From Ignavibacteria bacterium (GTDB taxonomy: Bacteria; Bacteroidota; Ignavibacteria; Tepidaquicellales; OLB5), in the NCBI GenBank assembly GCA_014879675.1, contig JACSRQ010000098.1, forward strand, positions 1-59,108: DNA of 59,108 bases, given 5' to 3'. Of this stretch, positions 18,782 to 27,682 are shown one piece after another (within the stretch, counting starts at the first letter, position 1; each line of letters begins with the position of its first letter). The notes under the pieces are model-generated. The model worked only from the letters and a program-made list of their open reading frames with translations, had not been told where the DNA came from and searched no databases. The position numbers were made by a program, and so were the translations under genes.

Positions 18782-19150
18782 TTAATTCCATTTAAGCGCG
18801 CCTTTGCGCAGCATGTAAAAGTAACCTATCAGCAGAAGTCCAATAAAAACCAGCATTTCAATAAGCGCATATGTAAGCATTGCGCCGCTGAAGCTGTTAA
18901 AAGATACTGCCCACGGATACATGAACACTATTTCAATATCAAAAATAATGAACAACATTGCTGCCATATAGTATTTAACAGAAAACTTTGAGTGCGCGGT
19001 TCCATATGGCTCAACACCGCTCTCATAAGTTGAAAGCTTTTCAGCATTTGGCTTTTTGGGACCCAGTATCTTTGATACAATAACATTGATTATGGCAAAA
19101 GCTACTGCTCCCACCATCATCATCAGAATTGGTATATAACTTTCTAACAT
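18782..19150 (-). CDS. nuoA: NADH-quinone oxidoreductase subunit A
   Basis: Three TM helices with the conserved YESGVEPYG and FDIEIVFMYPWA segments. ATG 19150 is preferred over TTG 19159. Confidence 0.9.
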   Translation of the reverse strand: MLESYIPILMMMVGAVAFAIINVIVSKILGPKKPNAEKLSTYESGVEPYGTAHSKFSVKYYMAAMLFIIFDIEIVFMYPWAVSFNSFSGAMLTYALIEMLVFIGLLLIGYFYMLRKGALKWN

Positions 19151-19284
19151 AATATGCAAAAATAGCTAAATTCATGCATAATTCAAAACATAAAATGCGG
19201 TGTTGATCGATTTATTTCTGCTAACCCATTGATATTAGAGCCTAGAGAGAGCATACCTTCACAGAAAACCCGCTATTGTTTTGC

Positions 19285-19491
19285 TTATAATGCGCCCAGA
19301 ATGAAGAATAGCACCATTATGATAATGAATGCGGCAACTCCAAGGAAAACCAGCCCGAAAATTACAGTGAATAACAGCCTTCCTTTGAATCTCTCCATAA
19401 CATTGTCAAAAAATCCTCCGGCAGTTGTTGATTCCGGATTGTTGATACCATCGCTTACTGCTTCTTTAATTGACCTTGTCAGATCGTCCAT
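19285..19491 (-). CDS. Small tail-anchored hypothetical membrane protein
   Basis: 68-aa ORF on the same strand as its neighbours, with a soluble N-terminus and a C-terminal TM. The overlapping + strand ORF looks compositionally odd. Confidence 0.45.
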   Translation of the reverse strand: MDDLTRSIKEAVSDGINNPESTTAGGFFDNVMERFKGRLLFTVIFGLVFLGVAAFIIIMVLFFILGAL

Positions 19492-19530
19492 TTTATATTC
19501 TGTTTGGTTCTTAAAATTTATTTGAATTAT

Positions 19531-20316
19531 TTATTTTGTTGCTTTTACAGCCGTTACGAGCTTGGTTTCCCAGCCGTCGTAAACCCCGTCATTTTCTTCC
19601 GCAAGGTCATACAGCTCTGAAGTGTAGTCGATAACTTCATTGTACTCCACAGCATCTATTCTGGTTACCCTGAGAGTAATCGGATGATCAGGATTTTTCT
19701 CATTCAAACGTTCAGAAGTTTTTTTATATCCAAGCTTTACAGCCGCACTTAAAAATGAGTTCTTACCGGATTCGCTGCTGAAAAAAATGTAATGGTCAAC
19801 TTCTCTTGGAATAGAAAGCTCATCGCCTTTACTGCGCAAGTGTTCAACAATATGCCTGTTCATAATTGTGTGCATTTCGTATCCTGCAGGATAAAGATCC
19901 TCTTCGTATTTTACCCATTCTGCATCATTTTCAAGGCTGAATATGTATTTGTACTCTTTAAATCCTTTCATTAATTCTTTGATCGTTTTTCCCGCCTCTT
20001 TTTCTGTTTTAAGGTAGAAGTAAATTATCCTCAGGCCATGTGTAGTAACTCTGCCGGCAAGTATAGCTCCAAAAGAGTTTTCCAGCCTTTTCATCAGAAT
20101 ATCTTCAATTTCAAACAGCTTTTCGCTTTCATCAGATGATGATAGTCCGTTTTCCTGCGGGAAGTTCATTTCTATCTCCAGCGTCAAAAGGTGAGGATTT
20201 GTTCTAACCGGGCGGATCTTATTTAGTCCCAGGTCAACAAATACTGATGCCGGCTTATCTTCAATATCAGTGAAGAAAAAGTCCCAGTTTGGAGAATAAC
20301 CTGTTTCATTTTTCAT
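19531..20316 (-). CDS. DUF695 / RraB-like two-domain protein
   Basis: N-terminal WDFFFTDIEDKPASVFVDLGL (DUF695-like). The C-terminal half resembles the RNase E inhibitor RraB fold family (DHYIFFSSE...LGYK). Confidence 0.6.
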   Translation of the reverse strand: MKNETGYSPNWDFFFTDIEDKPASVFVDLGLNKIRPVRTNPHLLTLEIEMNFPQENGLSSSDESEKLFEIEDILMKRLENSFGAILAGRVTTHGLRIIYFYLKTEKEAGKTIKELMKGFKEYKYIFSLENDAEWVKYEEDLYPAGYEMHTIMNRHIVEHLRSKGDELSIPREVDHYIFFSSESGKNSFLSAAVKLGYKKTSERLNEKNPDHPITLRVTRIDAVEYNEVIDYTSELYDLAEENDGVYDGWETKLVTAVKATK

Positions 20317-20333
20317 ATAACAATTTCGCGTTC

Positions 20334-21575
20334 TTATTTTATGATTGTCATTTTTTTCGTTTCCGAAAATTTCCCTACGGTTAGCTTGTAGAAGTAAATT
20401 CCCGATGAATAATTTTCAGCATTGAATATTGCTGAATGGTTTCCTGCTTCTTTGAATCCATTGAACAACACTTCTAATTCCACGCCCCGAACATCATAAA
20501 CCGATAGTTTTACACTTTCGCTCTTTGGAAGCCCGAAATTAATAGTTGTAACGGGATTGAATGGGTTTGGATAGTTTAGCTCAAGCCTGTAACCTTCGGG
20601 TACGGTTAAAGGATTTTCATTTACACCCACAAAGGTACCGCCGCCGTTAGTTGTACGCAGTATTACCCCGTTACCGCCAACAGCATATCCTGTTGTGTTT
20701 GAATTTGGTGAAAAACCTATTGAATATAGCGGGGTGGCTGTGGGAGTTGTTAGCTGGTACCAGTTCCCGCCGGCATTTGTAGTTTTATAAATTCTGCCTG
20801 ATTCAGTAACTGCATAACCTGTTTGCTGATCGGCAGGAAATGTAATTTTTTCAATACTGCTTGTCCCGGGCAAATTGTAAAAAGTCCAGTTCGTTCCGCC
20901 GTTTGTGGTTTTAAGTATAGTTTGATGGCCGCCTGCATATCCTGTTGAAGCATCGAGCATATTTATGCAAAGCAGGGAATTGCTTTGGGCAGTAAGCACT
21001 GTTACCCAGTTAGCACCGCCGTTTACTGTTCTTAAGATATGTCCTCCTGTACTGTTAAATCCGGTAACAAAGCCTAATAAGCTGTTCACAAATTGTATAT
21101 CAGTATTGGATTCTGTGGTAAACAGACTATTCCCGAAAATTATCCAGTTGTCTCCGCCATTGGTAGTTTTAAGTATGGTATCACAATAACCGCATGACCA
21201 GCCGGTGTTTTCATTCAGAAAGAATATTCCGCTGTATATTTTTGCCGGAACCGGTCCAGTTGCCGTCCAGTTAGTTCCGCTGTTTGTGGTCTTAATGATC
21301 TTTGTATAACCGGAACTGTAGGCGGTTGTGCCGCCGGCATAACAGACCTCATATAAATACTGGTTGCCCGGATTTGTAACCGATACCCAATTGGTCCCGT
21401 TATTTGTTGTCTTAAGTACCAGCGATGTATACCCGACCACAATTCCTGTTTGCGATGAAGGGAAAACAACTATGTCGGTCAGATTCTGCGTTGTGCCGGA
21501 TGTTTGTTGTATCCACTGTGAACAGGAAATTCCGGTAAAAATTATGATCAGTACTATTACTTTGATAGTTCTCAT
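20334..21575 (-). CDS. Secreted Ycf48/BNR-like beta-propeller protein with a T9SS C-terminal sorting domain (paralog B)
   Basis: Seven (K/R)T(T/V)N(x)G(x)(N/T)(W/F) repeats about 40 aa apart. C-terminal NYPNPFNPVTTINF...GIYFYKL...KKMTIIK. Confidence 0.8.
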   Translation of the reverse strand: MRTIKVIVLIIIFTGISCSQWIQQTSGTTQNLTDIVVFPSSQTGIVVGYTSLVLKTTNNGTNWVSVTNPGNQYLYEVCYAGGTTAYSSGYTKIIKTTNSGTNWTATGPVPAKIYSGIFFLNENTGWSCGYCDTILKTTNGGDNWIIFGNSLFTTESNTDIQFVNSLLGFVTGFNSTGGHILRTVNGGANWVTVLTAQSNSLLCINMLDASTGYAGGHQTILKTTNGGTNWTFYNLPGTSSIEKITFPADQQTGYAVTESGRIYKTTNAGGNWYQLTTPTATPLYSIGFSPNSNTTGYAVGGNGVILRTTNGGGTFVGVNENPLTVPEGYRLELNYPNPFNPVTTINFGLPKSESVKLSVYDVRGVELEVLFNGFKEAGNHSAIFNAENYSSGIYFYKLTVGKFSETKKMTIIK

Positions 21576-21576
21576 A

Positions 21577-22827
21577 TTATTTTATTATTGACATCTTTTT
21601 AGTTTGCGAAAAGCTTCCGGCAGTTAACCTGTAGAAGTATATCCCTGAAGCGAGACCTGTAGAGCTGAAATGTATGCTATAGCTTCCCGGTTCCTTATTT
21701 TCATCTACCAGAACACCGATCTCTCTGCCTGCAACGTCATAAACCGCCAACTTTACAAATTGTTTTTTGGGTATGTTATATGTGATATTAGTTTCCGGAT
21801 TAAACGGATTGGGGTAATTCTGATGCAGAGAATAATTTGCGGGAACTGATGTGTTGCTGCCTGTTACTTCAACAAAAGTACCCCCGCCATTTGTTGTGCG
21901 AAGCACTACACCGGTAGTGCCTACTGCGTAACCTGTAGTTGAGGAACCAAAGCTGAAATCCATCCCTCTAAAGTGGCCGGTTACTCCCGTTGTTAACGGG
22001 TACCAGTTGTTTCCGCCGTTAGTGGTTTTATACATTTTACCAACAAGACCTGCGGCATAACCGGTCAATGTATCGACGGGGAAAGTGATGGTATAAAGCG
22101 CACCGGCTCCGCTGATTGAGGTTTCGGTCCAGTTTGAACCGCTGTTTGTGGTTTTATATACTTTGCCGGTTCCTCCTGCAAAACCCGTTGTTGAGTTTAC
22201 CATAGTGATAGAGTGAATGTATGAATTGGCTGTAAAAACTGTAAGCCAGGTCCCGCCTCCGTTAATAGTCTTAAGTATATAACCTGCATTTGGTGTATCA
22301 TATGAGCCAACCATGAGTCCAAGCAGAGAATTTGCAAATACTATTCCATAGTTGTTTTCACCGGGATAGAGATTGTTTTCCTGCACAGTCCAGTTGGTGC
22401 CGCCGTTTGTGGTTTTAATAACCGTATCAGTACCGCCGCAAAACCAACCCGTATTATCGTTCAGGAAGTAACCGGAATTCCAGTACCTGTTAGGTGCAGT
22501 AACAACTGCCCAGTTGGAACCGGAGTTGGTTGATTTCAATATTCTGCCGTTACCGCATGCCCATGCAGTAGTTGTGCCGGATATGATAACATCCTGAAGT
22601 GATGTTGTTGGCGCAGGGTATGAAATGTTTATCCAGTTTGTTCCATTATTTGTAGTCTTAAAGATGTTCTGACCTCCGGTCATCAGGGTTACAGGGATCG
22701 ATGGGAAACACGCTACACCGCTCATATTGTCATTTGTACCGGTGGATTGAACTATCCATTGTGAATTGGATAATTTGATAGTGAAGAAAAATGCAATTGT
22801 TAAAAGTATCGTTTGTGTAATTTTCAT
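21577..22827 (-). CDS. Secreted Ycf48/BNR-like beta-propeller protein with a T9SS C-terminal sorting domain (paralog A)
   Basis: Same repeat architecture as the adjacent gene. The downstream paralog's ATG follows this gene's stop after a 1-nt gap. C-terminal QNYPNPFNPETNITY...GIYFYRL...KKMSIIK. Confidence 0.8.
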   Translation of the reverse strand: MKITQTILLTIAFFFTIKLSNSQWIVQSTGTNDNMSGVACFPSIPVTLMTGGQNIFKTTNNGTNWINISYPAPTTSLQDVIISGTTTAWACGNGRILKSTNSGSNWAVVTAPNRYWNSGYFLNDNTGWFCGGTDTVIKTTNGGTNWTVQENNLYPGENNYGIVFANSLLGLMVGSYDTPNAGYILKTINGGGTWLTVFTANSYIHSITMVNSTTGFAGGTGKVYKTTNSGSNWTETSISGAGALYTITFPVDTLTGYAAGLVGKMYKTTNGGNNWYPLTTGVTGHFRGMDFSFGSSTTGYAVGTTGVVLRTTNGGGTFVEVTGSNTSVPANYSLHQNYPNPFNPETNITYNIPKKQFVKLAVYDVAGREIGVLVDENKEPGSYSIHFSSTGLASGIYFYRLTAGSFSQTKKMSIIK

Positions 22828-22905
22828 TTGTTGGTATTTATATTATTTTTTTTTGTTGTTTGCTGTTTGTTATTTGTTGAGCGAAGCGAAATCCCGACTG
22901 CGGGA

Positions 22906-23916
22906 TTATTTGATAAGGCTCATTTTTTTTGTTTCAGTAAAACTGCCGGCAGAAATTTTATAGAAATATATGCCTGAGCTGAGTCCGCTGGAATTAAAGT
23001 TAACCTTATGCTTTCCAGCCTTCTTTGATTCATTTAACAATACTGCTATTTCATTGCCAATCGCGTCGTACACAGAAATTTTTACAGATCCATCTCTTGG
23101 TATTCCATAATTAATTTCAGTTTCGGGATTAAAAGGATTTGGATAATTCTGCTCCATATAATATTCTGAAGGTACAATATCGCTGCCAGTTATACCCGTT
23201 GGGATCGTGTAAGTTATAGAGAGCTTCGGCCGCTTCAGTACATCGGGTTTCTGCGGCGGCCTGTAATATACATGTACATTTATCGCATCAACCTGGAGCA
23301 ACACACCGTGATTGCTTGCGGGATTGCTGATCCAGTTTTGCACAACATCAAGGTGCAGGGGTATATTATATGTAACTTCGCCATTCGAGGGTATTATGCT
23401 GCTATCCGGCGGGGAGAAAAAGTATTTGCCTGCAATGAGGTCAGTTCCTTCACCCGTTGCGCCGGGAGAGCCCCAAGGTGTGTTTGGCATTCGCCTTTCC
23501 CAGCCGATTGGTGCGTTGCCGATACCGCCAACGGAATCAACCACATTGCCGAACCAATCAACATTCAGATACCTTCCCTTAACTCTTGAGCTGGGTGCCT
23601 CCCACATAACATGCGTAAGTGTAAGCATTGCTCCGGTTACAACTGCATTAGCAGGAATGTTCAGGTTCTCAAATCTAAGCAGAGGTGAAATATCATAACC
23701 AAATCCGGGCCTGCCGTGAAGTTTGCCAATACACCAGTCATTGTTTCCATCGGCAAATGTAGTGCCATTATTTCCGGTTACGAGGTTGAGGTCTGATATA
23801 TTAACAGATTTGCACCCTGAGTAACCGTTCACTCCCTGCTGGAATGAAACCGTTATCTGCGAGATTGAATTCGCTGTGAGAAAAAGTGTTACAAGTAATG
23901 CTGTAATTATTTTCAT
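22906..23916 (-). CDS. Secreted hypothetical protein with a T9SS C-terminal sorting domain
   Basis: Signal peptide. C-terminal QNYPNPFNPETEINY...GIYFYKI...KKMSLIK. N-terminal domain not recognised. Confidence 0.75.
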   Translation of the reverse strand: MKIITALLVTLFLTANSISQITVSFQQGVNGYSGCKSVNISDLNLVTGNNGTTFADGNNDWCIGKLHGRPGFGYDISPLLRFENLNIPANAVVTGAMLTLTHVMWEAPSSRVKGRYLNVDWFGNVVDSVGGIGNAPIGWERRMPNTPWGSPGATGEGTDLIAGKYFFSPPDSSIIPSNGEVTYNIPLHLDVVQNWISNPASNHGVLLQVDAINVHVYYRPPQKPDVLKRPKLSITYTIPTGITGSDIVPSEYYMEQNYPNPFNPETEINYGIPRDGSVKISVYDAIGNEIAVLLNESKKAGKHKVNFNSSGLSSGIYFYKISAGSFTETKKMSLIK

Positions 23917-23932
23917 CGTTTTTTGCTTTTTA

Positions 23933-23964
23933 CAAAGATAAGAGTGTTATGTGGTGTCCTTCAA
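23933..23964 (-). promoter_or_regulatory. Candidate Bacteroidetes-type sigma-A promoter (TTG ... TAtcTTTG) for the 22906-23916 gene
   Basis: On the minus strand, TATCTTTG (plus strand 23933-23940) lies 16 nt upstream of the ATG, with TTG (23962-23964) 21 nt further upstream. Confidence 0.4.
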
Positions 23965-24214
23965 AGAAACTAATTTCAGCAAATTTTATTCAAAAATGCT
24001 GCAATTAGAGTAGAGCGATCATAGTTAAACTACAAAAATTGAACGTATTCAGGCTTTTGTTCAGGAAGAAAATTTGGGATAATTTTGCGAAAAGGGGATT
24101 AGAAAAAAATGGGAGAATGTTTCAAAAATGAGTGGAATTGTTGAGGTTAACAGAGGCAAATCAAAGAAATATCATCAGATGAATTGGATAAACCATTGCT
24201 TAAAGTTCGAAATT

Positions 24215-26026
24215 TTATTTCTTGTTGTAAAAACCTTCGATGATCTCTTTATATCTATTTTCGATCACTTTGCGCTTTAGCTTTAAGGTTGGAGTCATCT
24301 CGCCGCTTTCTATAGTGAATGGCTTATCAAGCAATGTAAACTTGCGGACCCGTTCGTGTTTTGAAAGCGGTTTTTGAAATACATCTATTTCAGATTCATA
24401 AAAATTCATTATTACATCACTATGGGTAAGCTCGCTCAGTGTATCATATTTTACATGCAGCTTTGCGGCTATTTCCTTGATCTTTTCTTCATTCGGAACT
24501 ATCAGTGCGGTTACAAAGTGTTTTTCATCCGAAGCAAACGAGATTACCTGGTCAATATATTCAGAGCGTTCAAGGTTCTCTTCGATATGTGTGAGCGAAA
24601 TGTACTTTCCCGCGGAAGTTTTTATAAGTGTTTTTTTACGGTCGGTTATTTTGAGAAAACCATCTCTATCAATTTCCCCAATATCACCAGTATGCAGCCA
24701 TCCGTCAATTATCATCCCGGCTGTTTCTTTTTCATTTTTGTAATAGCCGGACATTACATTTTCGCCGCGGGTTAGTATCTCGCCGTCTTCAGCAATTTTA
24801 ACTTCAACACCTTCAAGCGGCGGACCCACCGTACCGAACTTGTTCTTATCAAGCCTGTTTACAGAAATCACCGGCGATGCTTCCGTCATACCGTATCCCT
24901 GCAGTATCAATAATCCAACCGAATCAAAGAATTCCGCAGTTTCTTTACTGAGCGCAGAACCTCCCGAAATGAAAAATTTTATTTTCCCACCTGTTCTTTC
25001 GCGGATAGTTTGGAATACCTTTCTATCTGCCAGCTTCCATAATGGATTTCCTTTGCTTTCCCTGAACTTTGCCCCAATCTTAAGAGCCCTCAATGCAATT
25101 GTCCTTTTCAGAAAAGGCATCTGGCTGATGTTCTTAAGTACACGGTCTTTCATCCTGTTGAAAAGTATCGGCACCGCAAGAAGTATCGTAGGTTTTACTT
25201 CCGCCATTTGTGCAGCAAGTGTATCAATATTCTTCGCATAATATATCTTTGCGCCTTTCGAGAGGGGCACATAGTAGCCGCCCGTACGCTCATAGGTATG
25301 TGCAAGAGGTAGAAATGAAAGGAAAATATCTTCGGGCAATACGGGGAAAGAATCTGTGCACTGTTTTACATTTGCTAAAATATTGAGGTGCGAAAGGCAT
25401 ACGCCTTTTGGAGTGCCCGTTGTACCGGAGGTATAGATTATCGTCAGCAGGTCACTTGGATTCTGCCCCGCGGCTGAAACCGCGAAAAAATCATCGGCCA
25501 GCTTATCGCTGTAAGCTTCCTGAAGCTCAAGCAGCTCGCCATATATCAGCTCATCAAAACTGATTATGTTATCTGTGTTATGTTCTGTTTTGTTGAACGA
25601 GATTATTTTTTTCAGCAGGGGAAGTTCATCGAAAACTGCATTCACTTTATCAGCCATAAGCTTTGTTGAAACAAAACAGAGCCTGCTGCCTGAGTGCTCG
25701 AGAATATACTTTATCTGCTCAGCGGTCATTGTTGGATAAACCGGAACGGTAACGATCTGTTTGGATACACATGCGAAATCAGAAATAACCCACTCGAACC
25801 TGGATTCAGAAATTATCGCAGCACATTCACCCGGATTAATGCCGTAATTTTCTATTGAGCGTGCAAGAAGGTAGGTAAGCTCTTTAAGCTTGCTGCCTGT
25901 GATATGCTTGTATGTCTCCGCTGCAGCGCCGGGAGCTTTTTCCTTCCAGTAAATTGCGCCATCGGAGCCGTACCTTTGGCATGCGTCTGTGAAAAACTCT
26001 GTCATGTTAGTGTAAACTGTACTCAT
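24215..26026 (-). CDS. fadD: Long-chain fatty acid-CoA ligase (AMP-forming, FadD-like)
   Basis: AMP-binding motif IIYTSGTTGTPKGV, plus GYGMTE, TGDIG and the C-terminal KLKRK motif. ATG 26026 is preferred over the TTG at 26077. Confidence 0.85.
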   Translation of the reverse strand: MSTVYTNMTEFFTDACQRYGSDGAIYWKEKAPGAAAETYKHITGSKLKELTYLLARSIENYGINPGECAAIISESRFEWVISDFACVSKQIVTVPVYPTMTAEQIKYILEHSGSRLCFVSTKLMADKVNAVFDELPLLKKIISFNKTEHNTDNIISFDELIYGELLELQEAYSDKLADDFFAVSAAGQNPSDLLTIIYTSGTTGTPKGVCLSHLNILANVKQCTDSFPVLPEDIFLSFLPLAHTYERTGGYYVPLSKGAKIYYAKNIDTLAAQMAEVKPTILLAVPILFNRMKDRVLKNISQMPFLKRTIALRALKIGAKFRESKGNPLWKLADRKVFQTIRERTGGKIKFFISGGSALSKETAEFFDSVGLLILQGYGMTEASPVISVNRLDKNKFGTVGPPLEGVEVKIAEDGEILTRGENVMSGYYKNEKETAGMIIDGWLHTGDIGEIDRDGFLKITDRKKTLIKTSAGKYISLTHIEENLERSEYIDQVISFASDEKHFVTALIVPNEEKIKEIAAKLHVKYDTLSELTHSDVIMNFYESEIDVFQKPLSKHERVRKFTLLDKPFTIESGEMTPTLKLKRKVIENRYKEIIEGFYNKK

Positions 26027-26163
26027 ATTCCCGTACTCATATATCCGGATGAAGCAACTTTTGCGATAATTCAGCAAAGTTAATGATAATTTGCTTCAAA
26101 GATAATATCTCATTTTACACCAATCCCGGGCATAACATATAAAACAATCAGGTATTTTTTTCT

Positions 26164-26194
26164 TTGTCAATTATAAACTATGTTCTTAAATTTG
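26164..26194 (+). promoter_or_regulatory. Candidate TTG / TAAATTTG promoter for the DUF481 gene
   Basis: TTG at 26164-26166, a 20-nt spacer, then TAAATTTG at 26187-26194. The ATG is at 26230. Confidence 0.4.
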
Positions 26195-26229
26195 TTCAGT
26201 ACAAGTTAATAAATTCCGCAGGAGCAATA

Positions 26230-26982
26230 ATGAAAACATTCATACTGATTTTGGTGATCTCAATACTTTCGGTTCATGTATTAGAATCACAAGTTGTGAA
26301 TATTGAATCACGCAGGATGCGCACTGATACAACAGGGTGGACCGGCAACGCAGGAGCAAGCTTTCAGTTCTCTAAATCTGTGGATGAAATATTTGATCTC
26401 GGTGCGCTGATTCATTTCCAGTATAAAGGAAAAAATGACCTTTGGCTTTTCCTGAACGAGCTTAGGATGATAAAAGGTGCAGGTACCAGCTTTATCAATT
26501 CCGGATTTGCGCACGTTAGATACAACAGGAAGATCACAAAAGAAATGCTGCGGGGTGAAGTTTTTCTTCAGTATCAATACAACAAAGCACTTGAGGTGGG
26601 GCAGCGTGTCCTTGCCGGCGGTGGACCGAGGTTCAAAATAATTGATACAGATATGTTCCGCGCTTATTTCGCTTCGCTGTATATGTTTGAGTACCAGGAA
26701 TCAGTAGATAAAACCATCATAGAGCGAAATCACCGCACGAGCAGTTACCTCAGCTTTACGCTTGAGCTGGACAAAGTGGAATTCAGCCATACATCATACT
26801 TTCAGCCCAACATGCGTGACGTGAAAGACTACAGGCTGCTGAGTCAAACAGATCTCAAATTTAAGATATTCGAGAATCTAAAATTTAAAACGGGATTCAA
26901 TTACAGGTTTGATACCCGCCCGTTTCCCGGCGTTCCCAAAACAACATACTATCTAAACAACGGCCTCGAGTTTGAGTTTTAG
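26230..26982 (+). CDS. DUF481 outer-membrane beta-barrel protein (YdiY-like)
   Basis: Signal peptide from ATG 26230, alternating beta-strand pattern, and a terminal ...GLEFEF aromatic C-terminus. Confidence 0.7.
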   Translation: MKTFILILVISILSVHVLESQVVNIESRRMRTDTTGWTGNAGASFQFSKSVDEIFDLGALIHFQYKGKNDLWLFLNELRMIKGAGTSFINSGFAHVRYNRKITKEMLRGEVFLQYQYNKALEVGQRVLAGGGPRFKIIDTDMFRAYFASLYMFEYQESVDKTIIERNHRTSSYLSFTLELDKVEFSHTSYFQPNMRDVKDYRLLSQTDLKFKIFENLKFKTGFNYRFDTRPFPGVPKTTYYLNNGLEFEF

Positions 26983-27148
26983 GAATTGAAGTTTAAGTAA
27001 CCCTTAACCCCCGACAATATTTATTGCAGTGGGAAGATTTGGTTATAATTGCATGTTAACGGTTTTCAGAAAATCGTCCCCCCTTTTTAAAAGCGAAAGG
27101 GGGGACAAAATATTACAATCTTGAGTACAAGATGAATCTGCAAATATA

Positions 27149-27307
27149 CTCATGCCCCGAATAGAGAACAGCCTTGAGTTGCCCACTCCGCAAAATTGAA
27201 TTGATTCGTTTTACCTGCAGAACTGATTTCGTGGCATGAGTATCTTCGGACCAATCAGCAATGAAACAACTCTCACGCAAAACTTTCATGAAGCGAAAGT
27301 CAAGGCC
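27149..27307. other. Conserved 159-nt module (copy A) of unknown function, possibly a structured RNA or a selfish-element core
   Basis: By hand alignment there are 18 mismatches and no indels against 30111-30269. An 8-bp long-range stem ctcatgcc (27149-56) / ggcatgag (27233-40) is conserved in both copies. Confidence 0.5.
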
Positions 27308-27536
27308 TCGAAGAAAAATCATAGAGTTTAAATTTAACCCCACCCCTCAGGGTGGGGTAAGGGAACACTATAGCAACCCGGGCTTTAGCCCTGACAAAAG
27401 GATACCTCTGGCTAAACAATTATTCCATGTTCGACCCCTACGGGGTCGCTGATTTTTTGCATCCATTTCTATAAACGTGTGACTCCTACGGAGTCAGAAT
27501 TCTATGTGTGAGTAGAATCAGAAGTCTCCTCCTTCA

Positions 27537-27682
27537 GAGGGGATTCAGGAGAGGTCAATTAGGAATTCTTCGGAGGGGATTCAGGGGAGGTCAATTAGGA
27601 ATTCTTCAGAGGGGATTCAGGAGAGGTCAATTAGGAATTCTTTGAAGGGGATTTAGGGGAGGTCATTCAATAATTTCTTCGG
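27537..27682. repeat. Tandem array, about 4 units of 36 bp (gaggggattcaggagaggtcaattaggaattcttc)
   Basis: Units at 27537-27571, 27572-27607 and 27608-27643, plus a degenerate one at 27644-27682. There are no unique spacers. Confidence 0.85.

Noticed and set aside
19229-19525. Plus-strand 98-aa ORF overlapping the minus-strand 68-aa ORF upstream of nuoA.
   Set aside because: It runs against the local transcription direction, has an odd composition and has no start context. The minus-strand ORF, with a clean C-terminal TM helix, was preferred, although it is only moderately supported.
26027-26077. N-terminal extensions from TTG starts in the ORF track: fadD 26077, DUF481 26164, htrA 55454, nuoA 19159, PorV-like 34478, and the small TM protein 5543.
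   Set aside because: The extensions add non-conserved residues ahead of obvious native N-termini (an AMP-ligase start, signal peptides). Downstream ATG codons give canonical N-termini. The starts remain predictions.
27113-27343. Minus-strand ORFs of 76 aa (27113-27343) and 83 aa (30048-30299) spanning the conserved 159-nt module, which could be read as a duplicated small-protein gene.
   Set aside because: Between the two copies, 10 of the 12 changed codons are non-synonymous, several radically. The ORF ends diverge completely, the starts fall inside REP hairpins, and no SD-like sequence is evident. The conservation pattern (identical blocks alternating with variable blocks, plus a conserved long-range stem) fits a non-coding element better. 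It is kept as a finding rather than a CDS.
27537-27682. 36-bp tandem repeats as a possible CRISPR array.
   Set aside because: The units are directly adjacent with no unique spacers. The repeats are degenerate and no cas genes are present. This is a minisatellite inside a REP composite.
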